64,000 bases of DNA. Source: a virus. The translations under genes were made by a program, and so were the position numbers. Where the stretch lies: the IMG/VR virus record IMGVR_UViG_3300048592_000564, positions 8,345 to 72,344 of that record, one strand, 5' to 3'. Under the pieces are notes generated by a model. The model was given only the letters and a program-made list of their open reading frames with translations, ran no database searches and was not told the DNA's origin. Below are positions 46,451 through 55,734 of this stretch, piece by piece. Within the stretch, counting starts at the first letter, position 1. Every line of letters begins with the position of its first letter.

Positions 46451-47436
46451 GCCGCCGCGTTCTTTCGTGCCGCCAGATCCTTGAGGTACTGATCGGCCTC
46501 AGCCGTGATGTCCTGCCCGGCATCGTGCGCCGCCTTGACCCACGCCGACACCGCTTTGGCGGGCTTTTTGTAGAGACCATCCAGCCACATTTTCCGATCC
46601 GCGTTGTCGGCCACGGGACCCGGAGTCCCGACGGGCGTCTGTTCGCCCAGCGCCGAGGTTGCGTCGGCCGCGATGTCGTCGCCGGGGTTCTCGGGCAACT
46701 TACGCTCGAACTCCGCATCTTCGGCCGGCCGTCCGTCGCCCTGCTGTGTTCCCGGTTCCACGATCGTGCCCTCGACGGTCGCCTCTTCGTCGTCCACGAC
46801 ATGCTGGCCCGACACCACCGCGTAGGCGGTCTGGTAAAGCCGCTTCTTCACCTTGCCGTAAATCGCGTCAAGCCCCATGCCCTTGTTGACCACGACCGTG
46901 ATCGCGGCATCGCCGGTGCGGTCCAGGGTCTGGAGCTTGCCATCGAGCCGGTACACCAGCTTGGTCTGGACCGTCGCGTAATTGCGTTCGCAAAGCACCT
47001 GATAGCGAGGCAACCCCATCGCGGGCGGCTGGACGTTCGTGACACCGGGAAATTCCTTGAAGCGGCGTTCCCAATACGCCTTGGTCATGTAGCACCGCCC
47101 GGACGCGATGTGGATCTCGCCGCCGACGATCCTGCCACCCTGGAGGACGCCTTGCAGCACCACGTCGCCCACGACCTTGTCGGGCCACTGGGCACCTTGT
47201 TCGCAGGAAATCCCGAGCGGGCTCCCGACCAGCTGCCGGATGTCGGGCATCACCTTTTCGATCAGGCCCCGGAGCTGATTCATCGCCCCCGCGGCCACCA
47301 TCGCTTTCACGACGTCGTCGCCGCTCGCCTCCGCGAGCGCCATCTCGGACTGACAGGTTTTGACCACGCGGTTGAGTTCCAGGACCTGCTGGACGCTGGA
47401 TTGCGGGATCAGGGTGTAGTTCTGGGGGTCGGCCAT
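46447..47436 (-). CDS. Putative ssDNA-annealing/recombination protein
   Basis: Sits in the operon with SSB and the SMC-like ATPase. Acidic linker after the core. Family not firmly recognised. Confidence 0.4.
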   Translation of the reverse strand: MADPQNYTLIPQSSVQQVLELNRVVKTCQSEMALAEASGDDVVKAMVAAGAMNQLRGLIEKVMPDIRQLVGSPLGISCEQGAQWPDKVVGDVVLQGVLQGGRIVGGEIHIASGRCYMTKAYWERRFKEFPGVTNVQPPAMGLPRYQVLCERNYATVQTKLVYRLDGKLQTLDRTGDAAITVVVNKGMGLDAIYGKVKKRLYQTAYAVVSGQHVVDDEEATVEGTIVEPGTQQGDGRPAEDAEFERKLPENPGDDIAADATSALGEQTPVGTPGPVADNADRKMWLDGLYKKPAKAVSAWVKAAHDAGQDITAEADQYLKDLAARKNAAA

Positions 47437-47438
47437 TG

Positions 47439-48054
47439 TCACGTTCCTTCCACGAGAGAAAAAAGGGCTAGAATTTGTTTCAGTCGCACTTGGTCGTCGG
47501 CACGCCGCTTGGCGTTGTACTGTTTGAGTCGCCGTCGCAGCAGCACGCTGGACCGCCTGTCCACGCGTTGAACCGCTTGGTCGCACGGTACATGGAAAAT
47601 CGTATTGCGCATTTCGCACAGCGTTTCCCAGTCGGCCAGCTGCCGCATGTCGCGAAGCTCGCGGTCGTCCACGGGCTCGGTGACCGGCACCACGGGAGTC
47701 GGAATTGCCGGCGGCGGGACGTTGCCTGGGGCCTGCTGGTCGGCCATCCAGTCCAAGAACCGGTCCTCGCACGCCATCCCGTAATTGATCCGGGCATGGA
47801 ATTGCTCCGAGGCCGTAATCGGAAACTCCCCGCTATACCCGTGCGCGTGAAACATCGTCCACCTCCGCGGGCTCGGCGTTGAGTGCCTCGTCGTAGCCCT
47901 CGCGGGCACGGCGCAGTTTATGCGCCAGTCCGTCGAGGGCCAGGAGCCGGTGCGGGGGCGATTGGGCCAGCACCAGCAGGACTTCGTCGACCGCGTCATA
48001 CAAACTGTCGGCGGCTTTCAGAAGTGTGTCGTTGACCGTTACGGTAGTGGACAT
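47439..48054 (-). other. Two hypothetical CDSs (47439-47855, 47833-48054)
   Basis: GGAGG RBSs. Confidence 0.5.
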
Positions 48055-48106
48055 CGCGACCTCCAGGCAATAAAAAAAGGTTGCGTGCCAAATGGCCCGC
48101 AACCAC

Positions 48107-48134
48107 ATTGTAGCCCTGTAGGTGGACAACGCAA
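48107..48134 (-). promoter_or_regulatory. Leftward early promoter overlapping a terminator hairpin
   Basis: TTGCGT-16-TACAAT followed by a GGTTGCG/CGCAACC stem and a T-run. Confidence 0.55.
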
Positions 48135-48136
48135 TA

Positions 48137-48364
48137 TCAAACAGAAACTTTTTCCGCAATTGGTTTGCGCGGCTTGCGATGCTCGCGACGATAGCGCTCG
48201 ACCTCTGTCCTGGAGAACAGGTTGTAATTACCGAGCCGGTCGGAGGCGGCCAGCTGCCCGCGTTCCACGGCCTTTTTGATTGCCCAAGGGGTGCAACCAA
48301 GCTCCCTCGCCGCCCCCACGGCGGTAAAATACTCCACGTTGTCGATCGTTAGGCTGGTCGTCAT
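48137..48364 (-). CDS. HTH DNA-binding regulator (MerR/Xis-like), probably leaderless
   Basis: YFTAVGAARELGCT..AI..G.L...LFSRTEVERY. TTGTCC-17-TACAAT ends 6 nt before the ATG. Confidence 0.75.
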   Translation of the reverse strand: MTTSLTIDNVEYFTAVGAARELGCTPWAIKKAVERGQLAASDRLGNYNLFSRTEVERYRREHRKPRKPIAEKVSV

Positions 48365-48487
48365 GCCAACATTGTAGCACCGACGACCCCACAGGACAAC
48401 ACGCGAACCGCCGCGCGGATCACCAGGCCACTACGAAGCCGACGCATCAAAAACAACCACACCAAAAAATAATTTTCGCTTTTGGGA

Positions 48488-48516
48488 TTGGCGTTGTCCG
48501 GTCACGCGGCTACAAT
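48488..48516 (+). promoter_or_regulatory. Rightward early promoter
   Basis: TTGGCG-17-TACAAT with an AT-rich UP-like tract upstream. Confidence 0.6.
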
Positions 48517-48715
48517 CCCGTCAGCGCCGCCAATTGCGGCCAGGAATCCGAAGGACCGGCAGGATGCCGGATCGCACGAGGCAGTCACCATTAACGAGCA
48601 CCCCCGGTCCCGCAGGGGAGCCGGACAGGGCCAAGCGGCCGTGCGCACTGCGGCTGACGGAGAGACGGGGATCGCGAGCAGGAAGCCGGCGGGCCCGGGG
48701 GTGCGGGAGGAAGCG

Positions 48716-49231
48716 ATGAGCGCCATCGAGGAACTGCAGCAAGCGGAACAAGAGGTCGCGGCTTGCCACCTTCACGGGCTCCGCGAGTACCTGGACATGG
48801 CCGACCTCCTGGAGCAGCAGGCCGACCGCGGAGGTGTTCAGGGGGTCTCGCCCCCGGGCCTACGTGCCGCCGCCGCGCGGGTCCGCGCCCAGGGCCAGCG
48901 CTACCTGGAGGCCCACCGATGTCCAGCGGCCTGATCGCGATTCTTTCTGTCGTGTTCGCGGCCGTGCTGGTGATCGGCACCGGTGCGGTGGCGATCTCGA
49001 TCGAGTACCTCAAGATGCAAAGGATTCACCGTGAATATCGCAGCCGAAACCGCCGCAATTCGCGCCCAGTGGTCTAACGCGACCCGCCGTCGCCGAGCCG
49101 GAACCTCGATTCTGCGATGGCAGGTCCCTACGATCTCGACGGGCACGTTGCTCGACGCCGCCAGGGAGCGGATCGAGGACGAGCAGCAAGAGTTTCAGAT
49201 GCCCGAGGCCCAGCATGCGACACGCAGATGA
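48716..49231 (+). other. Three small hypothetical CDSs (48716-48934, 48919-49077, about 49031-49231)
   Basis: RBSs and overlapping ends. Confidence 0.45.
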
Positions 49232-50070
49232 AAGACCGCACGCAACGTGTGGATGCGGTGACGGCACCTGCAGGTTTTGCGAAGAAGATCGGATACAAGA
49301 TGCGACACTACCACGGGACCCCGATGGGCAGCAAGAGGAACGAAGTCGCGCGATTTGCAATCGGGCGCCACTTCCTAATCCCGTTCGGCCGCCACGAGGA
49401 CCTGCCGGTCGTCGCTGAGGCGTCCAGGGGCTTCGTGTTCGACAACGGGGCCTTCACGGCATGGCGGACCGGCAAGCCAATCACGGACTGGTCTGACTAC
49501 TATGCGTGGTGCAAGGAATGGTGCAAGCACCCAGCCTTTGACTGGGCCCTGATCCCCGATGTGATTGACGGAACCGAGCAAGACAACGACGACCTGATTG
49601 CCGAGTGGGACAGGAAAATGTGGCATCCCGTGCGAGTCCAGGGGGTGCCGGTCTGGCATTTTCACGAGTCCCTGCCACGACTTCATCGACTGACGCGAGG
49701 CCGATGGCCTATCGTGGCCTTGGGATCATCCGGCGAGTGGCCGACACCTGGGACCGATAAATGGTGGTCGCGAGCCCGAGACGCCATGCAGGCCGCGTGC
49801 GACCCCGACGGCCGGCCCCATTGCAAGCTCCACGGCCTCCGAATGCTCGACCCTGATATTTTCACGCGACTGCCGCTCGCGAGCGCCGACAGCACGAACT
49901 GCGCCCAGAACGGGAACCTGCTGCCGCGATTTGGGGGCTACAAGCCACCGACGATTAGCCAGCGGTGGGAAGTGATCGCACAGCGGATTGAGGTCCACAA
50001 CTCGGCCGCGCGATGGATGCCTCAGACGGATCGGCAATTTCGATTGACGTGCAACGAGGAGTTCCGATGA
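49228..50070 (+). CDS. TGT/DpdA-like TIM-barrel protein
   Basis: HYHGTP, FDNGAF, IPDVIDG, PVWH, LHGL, ASADSTN resemble tRNA-guanine transglycosylase-like phage proteins. Start may be 49300. Confidence 0.55.
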   Translation: MKDRTQRVDAVTAPAGFAKKIGYKMRHYHGTPMGSKRNEVARFAIGRHFLIPFGRHEDLPVVAEASRGFVFDNGAFTAWRTGKPITDWSDYYAWCKEWCKHPAFDWALIPDVIDGTEQDNDDLIAEWDRKMWHPVRVQGVPVWHFHESLPRLHRLTRGRWPIVALGSSGEWPTPGTDKWWSRARDAMQAACDPDGRPHCKLHGLRMLDPDIFTRLPLASADSTNCAQNGNLLPRFGGYKPPTISQRWEVIAQRIEVHNSAARWMPQTDRQFRLTCNEEFR

Positions 50071-50462
50071 AGCCCCGTCAGCCAATTCGCCGCCAGAATC
50101 CAAAGCGAGCCCCAGCACGCCGCCGCGCCAACCGGATCGCGGCCATGATCCTGGAGGAACGCGGCCCGCGGTGCCAGGCGTGCCGCGAGATCCGACGGCT
50201 TGAGGCTCACGAGATCGCCCGAGGGTGCGACCGCGCGGGCGCCAGGGGTGCAAGATTCGCCACCTTGGCGCTATGCGGCGAATGCCACCGCGCGATGGAT
50301 CACGCGAGCGAATGGCCCCGGGAACGGCAGCTGGCCCTTCTGCTGGCCCGCTGCCCACATGACTACGACCTCGAGGCTTTCAATCGAATCGCGTTGAAAA
50401 TCTACCACCAGAGCGACGTAGACGTTTTCCTTTCTCAATTCCAGGAGCAACCCAATGTCTAA
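50067..50462 (+). CDS. HNH-like protein
   Basis: CQAC..LEAHEI...LCGECH. Confidence 0.6.
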   Translation: MKPRQPIRRQNPKRAPARRRANRIAAMILEERGPRCQACREIRRLEAHEIARGCDRAGARGARFATLALCGECHRAMDHASEWPRERQLALLLARCPHDYDLEAFNRIALKIYHQSDVDVFLSQFQEQPNV

Positions 50463-51075
50463 TTTCTCCACCGCAGGACCGCTGGTCGACGAAGCCCAGG
50501 AGGTCGTCCAAGAGGTCATGGCAAAGCACCACCAGGGCCTCGCGGATTGCGGAACCACGGTCGCGATCTTGATGTACTACCCGGAAGAGGACAGCGAGAA
50601 ACCCGCCTTGACGGACCGGGGGCGCAAGATTCGGGCCAAGATCGACAACACGCCGCTCAAGTACCGCAAGCTGGGCGTGCCAGACCTGCAAATCTCGATT
50701 GACGCCGACTGGTGGGGAATGGCGACCCGGCCCCAGCAAGAGGCGCTGATCCACCATGAATTATGCCACCGCGCCCCCAAGGTGGACGACAAAGGCGCGG
50801 TGAAGCGTGACGATGCCGACCGGCCCATGTTCGAGCGAATCCTGCACGACTTCGACATCGGGGTCTTCACCCGCGTGGTCCAGGACTACGGGGAAGCCTC
50901 GAGTGAAATCGAGATCATGCGGGAGTTTGACGAACACCGCCGCCAGCAGTGGCTGTTTTCCGAACTCGAACCCGAGGACGAAGACGAGCCCGAGGACGAC
51001 GACGTCGCGACGCTCGCGATGGACCGGAAGCAGGCCGCCCAGATCAGCCGCAGGATGGCAGGAGCAAGCCGATGA
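50455..51075 (+). CDS. Putative phage metallopeptidase
   Basis: ALIHHELCH (HExxH) followed by HDF..F..VVQDYG. Confidence 0.75.
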   Translation: MSNFSTAGPLVDEAQEVVQEVMAKHHQGLADCGTTVAILMYYPEEDSEKPALTDRGRKIRAKIDNTPLKYRKLGVPDLQISIDADWWGMATRPQQEALIHHELCHRAPKVDDKGAVKRDDADRPMFERILHDFDIGVFTRVVQDYGEASSEIEIMREFDEHRRQQWLFSELEPEDEDEPEDDDVATLAMDRKQAAQISRRMAGASR

Positions 51076-51671
51076 AGACCATCGAATACGAACCGCTGGC
51101 CGGCAGCCATATCGATTACGCGATCCAGCACGCGGTCGGGTTTGCGAAACACCACCACGCCCGCGTGCGAATGCGATTCAACGACGTCACGCTGGTCGCA
51201 ACCCCCAAGACGTCCCGTGATTCCTTGCGGTGGACGTTCGACAAAACCCAGGGGGAATCGGCCCAGCACTGGCGAACCACGCCCCGGGGTCTCGCGTCCG
51301 CGCGAAGGCGCAAACGAGAGCTTGCCGCCAACCAGCGGATCGTCGACGACCTGATCGGCGAGTTGCCGGCCTCGCTCGCGAGCGGCCTGGATGACACGGT
51401 CGCGTGGCTATCGAGATTCGCGCGGGTCGCGGACGACTGCGGACTCCGCTACTCCAAGCCCGAGATCGCGCAGGCCCTCCGGGCCGCGGGCTACACGAAC
51501 AACCAGCACGTCGGCCGACCCCAAGAGGACTTCGACAGCAGTCTTGTGACCGGCCAATGGATCGTCGGGCAGGCGATCAACTGCCTGGAACACGGCATGC
51601 CCCCGCATCCGATCACGCGGAAGTTTGCGGCCAAGTACCAGGAGCGAAAGCGATTGGAGAGCAAGCAATGA
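51072..51671 (+). CDS. Hypothetical phage protein
   Basis: ATGA-coupled, 199 aa. Confidence 0.6.
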   Translation: MKTIEYEPLAGSHIDYAIQHAVGFAKHHHARVRMRFNDVTLVATPKTSRDSLRWTFDKTQGESAQHWRTTPRGLASARRRKRELAANQRIVDDLIGELPASLASGLDDTVAWLSRFARVADDCGLRYSKPEIAQALRAAGYTNNQHVGRPQEDFDSSLVTGQWIVGQAINCLEHGMPPHPITRKFAAKYQERKRLESKQ

Positions 51672-52246
51672 CCTGCACAAAATCCGAATTTGACCAACGG
51701 ACCACCGAGCACCAGCTCGAGATCCTGCGCGACGATGGACTTTACCGCCACCTCCGATGCCGCAAGCCCTACACGGGAATCGATGGCTTCGACCTCGTGA
51801 CGTGGCCGGGATTTCTGTGCTATTGCGGCGACATGGGCGAGTACGTGTTTCAGCGCAGCGACGACATGCTGGGATTCTTCCGGCGTGGCCTCGACCTGGA
51901 GCCGCCACTTGAATACTGGGCCGAAAAATGCGTGGCCCAAGACCGCGACGGCATCAAGGAATACTGCTCCGACCGAGCCCGGCAGGTCATCACCGAATGG
52001 CTCGACGACCGCGATGCCACACCGGCGCTCCGCGAGGAAGTCGAAGACGAGATCCTGTGCCTGCTGGACGACGGCGAGGACGTGGTGCGCGGCGCCGTGG
52101 AGGCGTTCCAGCACCAGGGCTGGCGGTTCGACGACTTCTACGAGGCAGACCTGACGGTCTACACCTACCGGTTTCGATTCTGCTGCTACGCGCTCGCGTG
52201 GGCGGTGCAGCGGTACGACGAATACCGTGCGGGAGATCTGCGATGA
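51668..52246 (+). CDS. Conserved hypothetical phage protein
   Basis: DDGLYRHL...DLVTWPG..GDMG.YVF.R..DM..FFR..YWAEK. Confidence 0.7.
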   Translation: MTCTKSEFDQRTTEHQLEILRDDGLYRHLRCRKPYTGIDGFDLVTWPGFLCYCGDMGEYVFQRSDDMLGFFRRGLDLEPPLEYWAEKCVAQDRDGIKEYCSDRARQVITEWLDDRDATPALREEVEDEILCLLDDGEDVVRGAVEAFQHQGWRFDDFYEADLTVYTYRFRFCCYALAWAVQRYDEYRAGDLR

Positions 52247-52923
52247 CACGCGAAATCCCACTGCTATGCACCGACGAGGTCGTGCGGGCCTACCTGGCGG
52301 GCCGCAAGACCCAAACCCGCCGACCGATCAAGTGGGCCACGAACCCATGCGGTGAACCAGCCGACCATCTGTGCCAGATCGGCACCACGGGCCGCTGGAT
52401 CGCGTGGTGGGGACCGGCCGACCAGGAGGCGTGCCAGCAGCTGACTGACCGGGTCTACCGACCAGAGGTCGGGCTACCAGGATTGTGCCAGCCCGGCGAC
52501 CGCGTCTGGATCCGGGAGACATGGTGGCAGCGCCCCAGCGACGGCGTGATCATATACGCGGCCGATGGGGCGATGGGGTTCGACGAAACCTCGATGGCAC
52601 ACAGGATGGGCATCGGGAACATCGCCAACGAGAAAGTTCCCGATGCCGAACTGCGGCGATGCGAATTCGTAAAGCGGCCGTCCATCCACATGCCCCGCTG
52701 GGCCGCCCGGATCGTGCTCCCCGTGGTGAGCGTCCGGGCCGAGCGGGTACGGGACATCACCCCCGAGGACTGCCGGGCCGAGGGCAGTCACTACCCCGTC
52801 GACCAAGACGACGAGGGCGGGTTTTTCAACTTATGGAATTCCCTCTACGGCGACCGGCACCCCGTCGAGACCACGTGGTGCTGGGTGATCGAGACCAAAC
52901 CCTTCAAAGGAGCAAGCCAGTGA
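52243..52923 (+). CDS. ASCH-like phage protein
   Basis: GRKTQTRR, GDRVWIRETW, PSIHMPRWAARI. Confidence 0.75.
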   Translation: MTREIPLLCTDEVVRAYLAGRKTQTRRPIKWATNPCGEPADHLCQIGTTGRWIAWWGPADQEACQQLTDRVYRPEVGLPGLCQPGDRVWIRETWWQRPSDGVIIYAADGAMGFDETSMAHRMGIGNIANEKVPDAELRRCEFVKRPSIHMPRWAARIVLPVVSVRAERVRDITPEDCRAEGSHYPVDQDDEGGFFNLWNSLYGDRHPVETTWCWVIETKPFKGASQ

Positions 52924-53255
52924 AGATCGAGAAACCGGGATTTTACCGAACACGAAACAATCAGCGGGTCGAGGTCGTGGCCGTCCGGGGAGGCTTCGCG
53001 GTCGGATTTTGCCAACTATGCGCCCGCACGTGGCTCGACGATGGACGACACTGGAACTACGCCAGTGGCGCCGAGGGAAGCAACCGGAACCTCGACATCC
53101 TGGCGGAGTGGCGGGACCCCATCCAGCAGACCGTCACGTTCGCGCTCGTCGAGCGACAGTGCTTTCCCGAGGTCGTGTTGGAAAGAAACATCGGAGTATC
53201 CAAGGTCCTGGCAACCAGGACCATCACCATCACCGAAGGGGAGGGCATGCAGTGA
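52920..53255 (+). CDS. Hypothetical protein, tandem paralog A
   Basis: MKIEKPGFYRT...EWRDP...TITITEGEGM. Confidence 0.7.
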   Translation: MKIEKPGFYRTRNNQRVEVVAVRGGFAVGFCQLCARTWLDDGRHWNYASGAEGSNRNLDILAEWRDPIQQTVTFALVERQCFPEVVLERNIGVSKVLATRTITITEGEGMQ

Positions 53256-53611
53256 AGATCGAAAAACCAGGATTCTACCGAACAGCCGGCGGGCACAAGG
53301 CCCAGGTGATCGATATCCAGGGTAATTTTGCCGTCGGGTGGGTGCCAAGGAGGGGGCTTTTGAACCCGCACCACTGGCGAACAAATGGCAGCGTTTGGAA
53401 TGGTGACTGCGACACTGACATCGTGTCCGAGTGGCGAGACCCGGTGTCCCATTCGATCACACTGGAGCTTTGCCTCAATACCGCCGACCAGCCCTTCATC
53501 CGCACAGCAGGAAACTACGGCCAAGACCTCAAGGTCCTGGCCCGCAAGACCATCACGATCACCGAAGGTGAGGGGATGTCCACCGCTGGAGAAAAATCAC
53601 CGGATTTGTAG
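53252..53611 (+). CDS. Hypothetical protein, tandem paralog B
   Basis: Same terminal motifs as paralog A. Confidence 0.7.
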   Translation: MKIEKPGFYRTAGGHKAQVIDIQGNFAVGWVPRRGLLNPHHWRTNGSVWNGDCDTDIVSEWRDPVSHSITLELCLNTADQPFIRTAGNYGQDLKVLARKTITITEGEGMSTAGEKSPDL

Positions 53612-53718
53612 TTGAAACCCGCCGCGAACCTGCGAATATCCCGAACGCCTGGAACGGCCTTGCCAGCCCCCAGGTCCACGCCCGAGACTGAGATCCCATG
53701 TCGAACCACGCCGAACAC

Positions 53719-53800
53719 GACCCACGACCCCCAAGGACCCGCTTGTCGGGACGGCCTCTCAGTCGGCCGGGCAAACCCTTGGGGGTCGTGGGTCTTTTTC
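53719..53800 (+). terminator. Long-stem terminator/attenuator upstream of the replication genes
   Basis: Perfect 18-bp inverted repeat gacccacgacccccaagg/ccttgggggtcgtgggtc followed by ttttt. Confidence 0.75.
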
Positions 53801-53817
53801 TGCGCAAGGAGTGACGC

Positions 53818-54213
53818 ATGTCTTACGCTGATTACGGCGACAAGCTGAGAGACCCAAGATGGCAGAAATTTCGACTTGAAGTATTCACGCGAGACAATTT
53901 TACCTGCCAAAAGTGCCAATCAACAGCCAAGACGCTGCACGCTCACCACAAATATTACCAGTACGGCCTGGAGCCCTGGGAATACGACATCGCCACCGTC
54001 GTGACGGTCTGTGAGGATTGCCACTATTCCGCAAACGATTTGCGGCATGACCTTCAAATGCAGGTCGCAAAACTGAACCTCAAGGCCCAACTTGCCCTGT
54101 TGGTGGCAGTCGCTGACCTTTGCGACCACGCACCCAGCGACTTGGCGGTGTCCTTCATTGAACAAATGGCCACGGAAGCACGAAAGGCCGGAAATGAAGC
54201 GCGGAACCATTGA
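53818..54213 (+). CDS. HNH-domain protein
   Basis: DPRWQKFR..RDNFTCQKC..LHAHH...TVCEDCH. Confidence 0.8.
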   Translation: MSYADYGDKLRDPRWQKFRLEVFTRDNFTCQKCQSTAKTLHAHHKYYQYGLEPWEYDIATVVTVCEDCHYSANDLRHDLQMQVAKLNLKAQLALLVAVADLCDHAPSDLAVSFIEQMATEARKAGNEARNH

Positions 54214-55159
54214 ACACCCGAAGATGAAACGGCTCGCTCGCAAGCTCCGATGCCACCACCTGATGGCCGTTGGGATCATGGAGGCGATCTGGCACTGGAC
54301 CGCCAAGTATGCGCCGGCAGGCGATATCGGGAAGCACTCCGACGACGATATCGCGGACGGGATCGGGTACGACGACGATCCCGCGACGCTGATCGACGCC
54401 CTGGCGTACAGCGGGTGGCTTGACCGAGATCAGCGATACCGACTGGTCGTTCATGACTGGGATCAACACGCCGACGACGCGGTCAAAAAGGCCGCAGATC
54501 GGAACAAGATTCAACTCATCTCCGACGTGGTCCCTCCGCTGTCGCGACTTGTCGCGAATTGTCGCGACACAGTTTCCCAGTCGGCCGGACAAAAAAAAAC
54601 GTGGCCTTCGGAGCAAGAAAACACCACCTTTGAGGATAGCGGCGAAGAGTGGCCGCAGGAGGCCGATCACGGGGCCGAAACCGCCCTCGATGCCCCGTTT
54701 TCTCAGGAAAAACCGCATGTCGAGACAAGTCCAGACACCGTCGAGACAAGTCCCGACAAAAACTGCCTGCCAGAGCCTAGCCTAGCCAAGCCAGAGCCTT
54801 CTTTTTGCGGAGAGACGAAAGCCGTCGAGACAAGTCCAGAGGACGCAGGAACCGAGTTCACGTTCACAGTCACTGGAACACCGGACACCCCGAACTGGAC
54901 GATGCCCAGGTCGCTGTACGACACGCTTGCGAAATGCTACCCGGCGATCGAACTGGAGGACGAACTGCGCAAAGCGGTTGCGTGGTGCGTGACCAACAGC
55001 AAAGAACGCAAGACCGCGCGAGGGATGCCAAGGTTTTTGAACGCGTGGCTGGCCCGCGCCCAAAACCGCCGACGCGATCCGATTCAGCCTGTAACTCGCC
55101 ACGTGCCGCCAGCGGCCCGCGTGGCCACCAAGGAAGACGCAAGGAACTGGACCCCATGA
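54194..55159 (+). CDS. Phage replication initiator (lambda O-like organisation)
   Basis: N-terminal wHTH-like HPK..RLAR...GWLD...VHDW, repeat-rich linker, C-terminal RFLNAWLAR. Upstream of the helicase. Confidence 0.7.
   Translation: MKRGTIEHPKMKRLARKLRCHHLMAVGIMEAIWHWTAKYAPAGDIGKHSDDDIADGIGYDDDPATLIDALAYSGWLDRDQRYRLVVHDWDQHADDAVKKAADRNKIQLISDVVPPLSRLVANCRDTVSQSAGQKKTWPSEQENTTFEDSGEEWPQEADHGAETALDAPFSQEKPHVETSPDTVETSPDKNCLPEPSLAKPEPSFCGETKAVETSPEDAGTEFTFTVTGTPDTPNWTMPRSLYDTLAKCYPAIELEDELRKAVAWCVTNSKERKTARGMPRFLNAWLARAQNRRRDPIQPVTRHVPPAARVATKEDARNWTP
54540..54840 (+). repeat. Iteron-like repeats, putative replication origin
   Basis: gtcgagacaagtcc at 54719, 54740 and 54824. tgtcgcga three times with a 10-bp period from 54540. 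Confidence 0.65.
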
Positions 55160-55734
55160 AACTCGACCCCACGGGCGTACTGCGAGAAGACGACGGCCGG
55201 ATTCCGCAATGCCCAAAATGCGGCAAGCGGTTTGAACCGACCTTTGAGATCGGACCGTTCGGTCCCCACTGGGCCAAATGCACGTGCCTAAACTGCCGGG
55301 CCGTTTGGTTTCCAAAAAAGCCCGGCAAAGAAACCAAGCACCGCGAGTCCCGCCACCAGGATCTGGTCCGCCGGTTCAGCCGAGGCTTTTGCGAACTCTG
55401 CGGCATCCTGGCCGAACGAGTCCCTGCCTGCGAATCCCTAGAGGCCCACCACGTCGACGAGTACGCCCGCGGGGGCGAAGCCGACCGGACGAATCTTTGG
55501 ATCGTCTGCACCCGCTGCCACAAGCTCATTCACCACCAGCGAACCTACATCGCCCACCTGATTCCCCAAGGAGTCCGAAATGTTGATCGCCAAGAATGTC
55601 CCGTCGTCCATGAAAGCCAAACCCCAGTGGGTCTGCTGGAAAACCGTCATGCGGGATCGCCCGACCAAGGTCCCGATGCAGCAGACCGGCTCGGCGGCCA
55701 GCAGCACGAACCCCGAGACCTGGACGAGTTTTGA
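55156..55734 (+). CDS. Zn-ribbon + HNH protein
   Basis: CPKC/CLNC, CELCG..LEAHH..NLWIVCTRCH. Overlaps the primase-helicase gene by about 155 bp. Confidence 0.7.
   Translation: MKLDPTGVLREDDGRIPQCPKCGKRFEPTFEIGPFGPHWAKCTCLNCRAVWFPKKPGKETKHRESRHQDLVRRFSRGFCELCGILAERVPACESLEAHHVDEYARGGEADRTNLWIVCTRCHKLIHHQRTYIAHLIPQGVRNVDRQECPVVHESQTPVGLLENRHAGSPDQGPDAADRLGGQQHEPRDLDEF

Noticed and set aside
52920-53611. Diversity-generating retroelement TR/VR pair
   Set aside because: Differences are not adenine-specific, identity is low, and no reverse transcriptase is in the window.
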